Part shown: in pieces, positions 26,317-31,014 of the stretch
How the letters are laid out: each line of letters begins with the position of its first letter
How positions within the stretch are numbered: position 1 is the first letter of the stretch
Virus record (IMG/VR): IMGVR_UViG_3300037408_000044
Coordinates: 1 to 31,014 of that record
Reading direction: 5' to 3' (one strand)
Length of the DNA: 31,014 bases
Origin: a virus
Lineage: Duplodnaviria; Caudoviricetes
Translations under genes and position numbers: made by a program
The notes under the pieces: generated by a model
What the model was told of the DNA's origin: nothing
Databases searched by the model: none
Seen by the model: the letters and a program-made list of their open reading frames with translations, nothing else

Positions 26317-26612
26317 TTGTTCTTGATCCTATGATAGCGGCTGATGACCATGTTCTTCGTGTACTTCCGCTTGTACTTCGCCGTCAGCTCAGCCGCGATC
26401 TGAGACTTGGAAAAGCGGGAGTAGTTCTCCTTGACGTACGCATCTGCACGTGGGGGCCAAGCCTTGGCCTTTTGATTACGTCCCTCGGACACACGCGTCG
26501 CCGCTGCATACGCTGACTTGATGACGTGGTAGGCGGTGCAGCCCCGCCATACACGTGTCTTGGTTTCGCCCTTGTGCTTGTAGCGCAGCACGAGGACAGC
26601 GTTACTTTCCAA
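26313..26612 (-). CDS. protein with C-terminal GcrA-like helix-turn-helix, about 99 aa (start uncertain)
   Basis: W..(x)..SKSQIAAEL..TKNMVISRYHR resembles the GcrA N-domain consensus SASQIAxxLGxxTRNAVIGKxHR; TTG 26612 chosen for coupling with the upstream stop. Confidence 0.65.
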   Translation of the reverse strand: MESNAVLVLRYKHKGETKTRVWRGCTAYHVIKSAYAAATRVSEGRNQKAKAWPPRADAYVKENYSRFSKSQIAAELTAKYKRKYTKNMVISRYHRIKNK

Positions 26613-27279
26613 TGTACTTACCGTTGTGGGGGCAGGTGTGCACGGGACACCACGCTCGGCAAAGACCGCTGGGTCTTTTAGGAAAGGTCCCCGTTGCGAC
26701 GGCCTCTTCGAGTCGCTGCACTCGGGGGATGAAGTTTTGCCAGATGGCCGGTGCGTCGTCACGGTGGAACTTCTCCGTCGTTACTTCCCCGACTTGCAAC
26801 CAGAGGAAGGTGTTAGTTATCTCGTCGATCCACGGACGCGTCGCAAAGAACACCGCTGCCGACAGCTGTAGCTGTTCCGAGTTCGGGTTCTTCTTGCCGG
26901 TTTTCCAATCTCCGATGAATGCACGCGTGCCCGTCTCAATCGACAAGTCGAGGATCGAACGCAGCCAAACATCTTTGGCGAAGAACGTCGTCTCCTTGAA
27001 GTCCTTGGTCAGCGCCAGCTTCTGCTCGACACCCAGTGTGCGGCCCTTCGCTTTGTCAGCGATCTTAGCAGCCAGCTTCTCGTAATTCTCCATGCCCGGC
27101 GGGAGAGGCGTGCCGTCACGCACCCGCAGCTCCAATGCCTTGTGTACCTTGTTGCCCCACAGAGTTGCTTCGGTCTGTGGTTCGACGATGGACTTCTCAA
27201 CCTTGGTCTTGAAGTAGCGGAACGGACAAGTCTCGAACGCATCGAGCGCCGAATAACTCCATGCGACTGGCTTACTCAT
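26602..27279 (-). CDS. Cas4/RecB-like PD-(D/E)XK exonuclease, 225 aa
   Basis: WSYSAL..FETCP, GNKVHKALE, ILDL, DWKTGK, QLQL, C-terminal CRAWCPVHTC. Confidence 0.88.
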   Translation of the reverse strand: MSKPVAWSYSALDAFETCPFRYFKTKVEKSIVEPQTEATLWGNKVHKALELRVRDGTPLPPGMENYEKLAAKIADKAKGRTLGVEQKLALTKDFKETTFFAKDVWLRSILDLSIETGTRAFIGDWKTGKKNPNSEQLQLSAAVFFATRPWIDEITNTFLWLQVGEVTTEKFHRDDAPAIWQNFIPRVQRLEEAVATGTFPKRPSGLCRAWCPVHTCPHNGKYIGK

Positions 27280-27754
27280 CAGGATGCGTCTCCGTTGACG
27301 GGCGGTCGTCCGTCCCGTGGTTGCGTCGTTCGAGCGCCAGCAAGAACAGGATGCAGCAGCCCGCATGTGCTAGGTGTGTCAGGCCAGTTTCGGGGTCGCG
27401 CCCCTGCCCACGCCACCACGCATACATATGACGCATGAGTGCCGCGTACGGGCGGGACCAGTGCATGCCCTTCTCCCAATTACGGGCGGCGTACTTGTTG
27501 GCGCCGAACTGCAGGACCTTGACGATCTCTTCGATCGCATCGTGAGGCAGGAGATCGTACGGCAGTTTGCCGGAATCATCCTTGCGCCCCTCGTCAGCCC
27601 AACCCTTCGGCTTCTGTGTCATTGCACTGGCAGCAACGGCACGCTCGGCCTTGGCTTCATCGACTTTCTTAACCACGGCTTCCACCTTCTCGTGCCATGT
27701 CCAGTGCAGCGGGCTGTTTGGATCGCGACTGACGTACTTCTTCTGCTTTGCCAC
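27272..27754 (-). CDS. DUF5664 (dATP/dGTP diphosphohydrolase N-terminal) domain protein, 160 aa
   Basis: GRKDDSGKLPYDLLP..VLQFGANKYAARNWEKG..AALMRH..GQGRDPETGLTHLAHAGCCILFL; GTG 27754 after GGGAGAGAG. Confidence 0.85.
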   Translation of the reverse strand: MAKQKKYVSRDPNSPLHWTWHEKVEAVVKKVDEAKAERAVAASAMTQKPKGWADEGRKDDSGKLPYDLLPHDAIEEIVKVLQFGANKYAARNWEKGMHWSRPYAALMRHMYAWWRGQGRDPETGLTHLAHAGCCILFLLALERRNHGTDDRPSTETHPDE

Positions 27755-27902
27755 TGGCTCTCTCCCAATCACCTTCCCAGCACGAGATGCAGCGCACGCC
27801 CAGCCTGCCGACATACGCGGTCAGTCCATTGTTCCATGACGGGTCCAATATCTCGCCACATCCACGGCAGACTGTGAGGGATTTTATGGGCGTGCGCTGC
27901 AT
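27669..27902 (-). CDS. small zinc-ribbon-like protein, 77 aa
   Basis: AAAGGA before ATG 27902; CRGC and CISC pairs; tail overlaps the next gene by 86 nt. Confidence 0.55.
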   Translation of the reverse strand: MQRTPIKSLTVCRGCGEILDPSWNNGLTAYVGRLGVRCISCWEGDWERASGKAEEVRQSRSKQPAALDMAREGGSRG

Positions 27903-27918
27903 CGTTCTGTCCTTTACA

Positions 27919-28251
27919 CTAAAGTGTCCCGTGGCGCAAGCGGTGGCGGTACTCACGCATGTAGTTTTTCTGGTAGTCACGCTTCACTTTCAGTGCACGT
28001 TTCTGCTTTGCCTTCCGCTTCGCTGTCGCTGCCTCGGCTGCTCGGATGCGCCGGGTCTGTGTGATCTCCTTCGCGTAGTCCGCCCACTCCTTCGGATGCT
28101 CGGGCAGGAAGTCCATAAACCGGACCAGCCGACGAGGCGGTATCCAGCTGTGCTTGGCGTAGCGCCAACGCACTTGTGCACGGATTTGTTGCCACGTGGC
28201 ATGGTCGATCTTGAGCAGGTACATACGCATCTGGTGCGGGAACTCAGCCAT
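27919..28251 (-). CDS. basic hypothetical protein, 110 aa
   Basis: GGAGG RBS; Arg/Lys-rich C-terminal helix (RDYQKNYMREYRHR). Confidence 0.7.
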   Translation of the reverse strand: MAEFPHQMRMYLLKIDHATWQQIRAQVRWRYAKHSWIPPRRLVRFMDFLPEHPKEWADYAKEITQTRRIRAAEAATAKRKAKQKRALKVKRDYQKNYMREYRHRLRHGTL

Positions 28252-28321
28252 CGTCGTCCTCCCCCGGCGTGAGTGACCACACGAGAAACAACGCCACGAT
28301 CAGTATGAACATGAGTGTCAT
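28244..28321 (-). CDS. 25-aa membrane peptide MTLMFILIVALFLVWSLTPGEDDDG
   Basis: ATGA overlap with the polymerase stop, AAGGAG upstream inside the polymerase gene, stop overlaps the next start. Confidence 0.6.
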   Translation of the reverse strand: MTLMFILIVALFLVWSLTPGEDDDG

Positions 28322-30189
28322 GCGAACTCCTTGAGCGATCCCCAGTCTGCCCCCATCTTGCCGTCAACGGGGAACTTGATCGGCAACTCCATAGACCACA
28401 CCTTGTCGTATGGTAGGTTTGACAGTACCTCCTTCATCTCGTGGCCGAACTTCTCTGCCTTGTCGTCAGGGACGACGAAGAACAGACCGTCGTGCAGCTC
28501 GAAGTAGAACCGCGCGTCGTACTTGGGCAGGTGGGTCTTCGCCACCGCCAGTGCCAGGAACTTCTGCTCGGCACCCATCGATTGGATCGGATAGTTAATG
28601 GCCGTGCTGGTGTAGCTCCAGTCGAACGATGAGCCCCGAGAGTATGGCTGCATGAGTGCAACGCGTCGGCCCAGTAGGTTCTCGATGTAGTCCTGCTGCT
28701 TGACCTTCAACGCCTGCACCCGCCAGTAGTGCGGCACCCGTGGGTACGTCCGCTGATATGTATCATGTATGGTCCGTGCCTCGTCGTCGGCGAGGGTTAT
28801 CCCGTACTGCACGGCGGCCACACTCTGCAGGCGCTTCGCTGACGTGCGGTACTGCAACGACAGGTTCGCCACCTTGCCCAGCTGCCGGATGTTCTTCGCC
28901 TCCTTGTCGCCAGCACGAACCCGCTCGACGAGCGACATGTAGTCCATGCCTCGGATGCTCGCACCCATGTACCCATGCGCATCCTCGCCCGGCTGACACA
29001 GCGAAATCATCGTCTCGTCACCGCTGCACACAGCCATCCACCGGAACTCTTGACCGGCGAAGTCGAACTCGACCAGCGTGTAACCGGGCGGAGCCGTGAT
29101 GAGTTTGCGGAACGCAGCGTCTCGCTTCCACTGGTGCAAGGCCACGCCGGTCGGCATCGCATACTTGCCCTTGCCCTGCTTGGATGAGTACGTCATGCGG
29201 CCAGTGTATGTTCCGTAGATGCGAGGCGATGGCCGTACGCGCCCGTCACCGTTGTATGTCAAGCTGTCCAGCATACCCTGTGCGAACTTCGTGCGGTTGT
29301 TCTGCGCCTCGCGGTAGTCGCTCAGTGTCTTGGCTCGCGGGTCATGGGCCGCCAGTTCGAGCAGCGCTTCGCGATCCGTCGATGGCCGGGCCGACGGGGT
29401 GAACGCCGTAGGCGTCAGACCCCACCGTTTGTAGATCAGATCGCCGAGCTGCGTCGGAGACGCCAACACTTCCGGCGTGATCTCTTCGTCAGTAAGTTTT
29501 AGGGTGACGTAGGCCGTCTTGACTGCGGCCTCCAGCTTTTCGTCCAGCTCGCGTGCTGCATCGGCGTCGCCGCAGATGCCTTCGACCATTGCCTCGGCAA
29601 CCAACGGGATGCACCGGGCCTCGATCAAGACAACGCGCTGCTGTTCCCTGCTGAGCTGTGACCAGAACTTCCAGAACAGATCGAGCGTGCGCTCGACGTC
29701 TGCCTCGTTGTAGTCCAGCAGCTTGGCCTTCTCTTCATCGGTTGTTGCATCGAACCGCACGTTGTCCTCGTAGCCTGCATGGTCCGGCAGGAAGCGGCGC
29801 ACCGCTGCCTTCAACGAGTAGCTGATCGAGGCGATCTCGACGTCATAGTTCTCGAACGTGGGGTGCTGCTCGACGTGCTTGTAGACAAGCATCGCGTCGA
29901 TCCACTTGCAGGCAAACACTTCGTCCCGCAATCCTGCGCCAATGAGAACAGCGCAGTCGTAAGGCGTGTTCCATCCGACGATATGCACATCGTTCTTCGC
30001 TGCCCATCGCAAGCATAGCCTGATCTTCTGGATCAGAGAGGGTGACGCCGTGGCTTTCAACCCCTTGAACCCATCGGCCTTGAATACGGCTGCGGTAATC
30101 CATGCTTCCCCGGTGCGTTGCCTGAAAGGTTGCAATGCAAACGCAGGCTCAGCACCCCACGTTTCTAGGTCAAAGCCAGCAACTTTCAT
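28318..30189 (-). CDS. polA: family A DNA polymerase with 3'-5' exonuclease domain, 623 aa
   Basis: ExoI DLET, ExoII WNTPYD, ExoIII YNEAD; GTYTGR; motif A DFAGQEFR; motif B RQLGKVANLSLQYR; NYPIQ; motif C LHDG. Confidence 0.95.
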   Translation of the reverse strand: MKVAGFDLETWGAEPAFALQPFRQRTGEAWITAAVFKADGFKGLKATASPSLIQKIRLCLRWAAKNDVHIVGWNTPYDCAVLIGAGLRDEVFACKWIDAMLVYKHVEQHPTFENYDVEIASISYSLKAAVRRFLPDHAGYEDNVRFDATTDEEKAKLLDYNEADVERTLDLFWKFWSQLSREQQRVVLIEARCIPLVAEAMVEGICGDADAARELDEKLEAAVKTAYVTLKLTDEEITPEVLASPTQLGDLIYKRWGLTPTAFTPSARPSTDREALLELAAHDPRAKTLSDYREAQNNRTKFAQGMLDSLTYNGDGRVRPSPRIYGTYTGRMTYSSKQGKGKYAMPTGVALHQWKRDAAFRKLITAPPGYTLVEFDFAGQEFRWMAVCSGDETMISLCQPGEDAHGYMGASIRGMDYMSLVERVRAGDKEAKNIRQLGKVANLSLQYRTSAKRLQSVAAVQYGITLADDEARTIHDTYQRTYPRVPHYWRVQALKVKQQDYIENLLGRRVALMQPYSRGSSFDWSYTSTAINYPIQSMGAEQKFLALAVAKTHLPKYDARFYFELHDGLFFVVPDDKAEKFGHEMKEVLSNLPYDKVWSMELPIKFPVDGKMGADWGSLKEFA

Positions 30190-30578
30190 CTCGCGCTCCC
30201 ATAAGGCGTGCCGTAACGGTGCATCTTCTGGCGGATAGAGTTTAGGGATACCCCTAGCTTGGCCGACCAGTAAGCGTAGGGCTTGCCCTCATAGCTTCCA
30301 CAGATACGTCGGTTTGCGCTCTGCTCTTTGGGTGTCGCCCACTTACAGTTTGCCTTGCAATACCCCTTGTTATTATCGATGCGCTCAAGAGTCAGGCCGC
30401 GTGGACGTTCGCCCATATCAGCGATAAAGTTTTCAAACTTCTCCCAGCGCGGGTCGTAACTAATTCCGCGACCCCCATAGTTCTTCCATTGATAGTTGCG
30501 CGGATTGCGGCAGCGATCCTTCATCGCGAACCATACCTTGTACACCTGCTCGTGCGATCGACCGTGCTTGACGGACAT
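30186..30578 (-). CDS. free-standing HNH endonuclease (YGGRGI type) with C-terminal HTH-like tail, 130 aa
   Basis: [39 protein letters not shown]; GGAG RBS; ATGA overlap with the polymerase gene. Confidence 0.88.
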   Translation of the reverse strand: MSVKHGRSHEQVYKVWFAMKDRCRNPRNYQWKNYGGRGISYDPRWEKFENFIADMGERPRGLTLERIDNNKGYCKANCKWATPKEQSANRRICGSYEGKPYAYWSAKLGVSLNSIRQKMHRYGTPYGSAR

Positions 30579-30741
30579 TTTCTCTCCACTCCTGCTTGAT
30601 GATCTTCATATGGTCCCGCACGCAGCCCTCACTCAGGCCCGTGCCTCGTGCGATCTCGGTGTACGTTGCGCCGGGATGATCCCGCAAAAATGACAGGATG
30701 GCTTCGCGGTTTGCAGCGCCAAGAACTTTCAGAGGATGCAT
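30460..30741 (-). CDS. winged helix-turn-helix protein
   Basis: ILSFLRDHPGATYTEIARGTGLSEGCVRDHM; GGAG 6 nt before ATG; last 119 nt overlap the HNH gene. Confidence 0.8.
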   Translation of the reverse strand: MHPLKVLGAANREAILSFLRDHPGATYTEIARGTGLSEGCVRDHMKIIKQEWRENVRQARSIARAGVQGMVRDEGSLPQSAQLSMEELWGSRN

Positions 30742-30754
30742 GGTCTACTCCGTT

Positions 30755-30914
30755 CAATGGGTGCCGGGGTTCTCGTACCCCGGCGAACGGTGGACCCCTA
30801 CCCCCGGAGCCTTGGGAGGAATAAAGGATATGGTCCACGGCGTGCGGATGTATCGGCTCTCACACGCTTACCGCTGGCGGGTAAACGACCCAAACCCCGC
30901 CAGGAAACCCATCA
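30755..30914 (-). ncRNA. candidate structured RNA, five-way junction
   Basis: Five nested helices found by eye: 30755-62/30907-14, 30874-81/30896-903, 30840-46/30861-67, 30790-96/30832-38, 30763-70/30777-84; G-U pairs favour the minus strand. Confidence 0.55.
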
Positions 30915-31014
30915 TGTAGCAACTCGGGCACCGGCCGCAATCAGAATATCGCGACGGTGGCGGGTGTAATGTGCCTCGTATGCCTCACGCAGGATCGCAC
31001 TGAACGTCCCGTTG
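30912..31014 (-). CDS. partial hypothetical protein (3' end only)
   Basis: Open frame NGTFSAILREAYEAHYTRHRRDILIAAGARVAT to TGA at 30914-30912, same strand as the operon. Confidence 0.6.
   Translation of the reverse strand, partial: NGTFSAILREAYEAHYTRHRRDILIAAGARVAT

Noticed and set aside
26602-27279. Cas4-like gene as a sign of a CRISPR system
   Set aside because: No repeat-spacer array or other cas genes; stand-alone Cas4-like exonucleases are common in phage replication modules.
2085-27980. Longer ORF-track starts (2085, 2512, 3628, 17147, 21582, 22046, 22395, 22748, 24342, 24785, 26117, 26762, 27366, 27814, 27980)
   Set aside because: Most run deep into neighbouring genes; the downstream starts have RBSs or stop-start overlaps and were used instead.
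30755-30914. tRNA interpretation of the structured region
   Set aside because: About twice tRNA length, with no TTC-containing T-loop, no 7-nt anticodon loop and no proper acceptor end.
30698-30969. + strand ORFs of 73 and 77 aa across the structured region
   Set aside because: Opposite to the surrounding operon, overlap real genes, and have no convincing RBS or motif.

Overview
This window is about 31 kb of a tailed dsDNA phage genome with a short-tail (podovirus-type) virion module. The host is probably an alphaproteobacterium (Hyphomicrobiales-like), inferred from a GcrA-type HTH gene and two Rhizobiales-style small Cys proteins. The + strand (1-16808) carries late genes: tail fibre and partner, GH24 endolysin and membrane proteins, three small basic proteins, an HNH endonuclease, a tail nozzle protein, a DDxxD all-alpha protein, and three ejection/internal virion proteins, the last a 2124-aa PLxRFG/metallopeptidase-motif protein. 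The - strand (16809-31014) carries replication and early genes: primase-helicase (DUF927 type), XRE HTH, SSB-like protein, SNF2 helicase, VRR-NUC, Cas4-like exonuclease, a DUF5664 (dATP/dGTP diphosphohydrolase N-terminal) domain protein, a family A DNA polymerase with unusual motif B/C residues, two more HNH genes and a wHTH. No capsid, portal, terminase, integrase, tRNA or CRISPR array is visible. The best leads are: (i) a compact predicted five-way-junction RNA filling the 30755-30914 intergenic gap, with an alternative pairing over the downstream ribosome-binding site; (ii) an isoprenoid-synthase-like DDxxD gene in the slot directly before the first ejection protein; (iii) an atypical PolA near a DUF5664 gene, a possible sign of modified-base DNA; (iv) a cluster of tiny basic and AT-hook proteins. 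All family calls come from motif recognition by eye; no searches were run.
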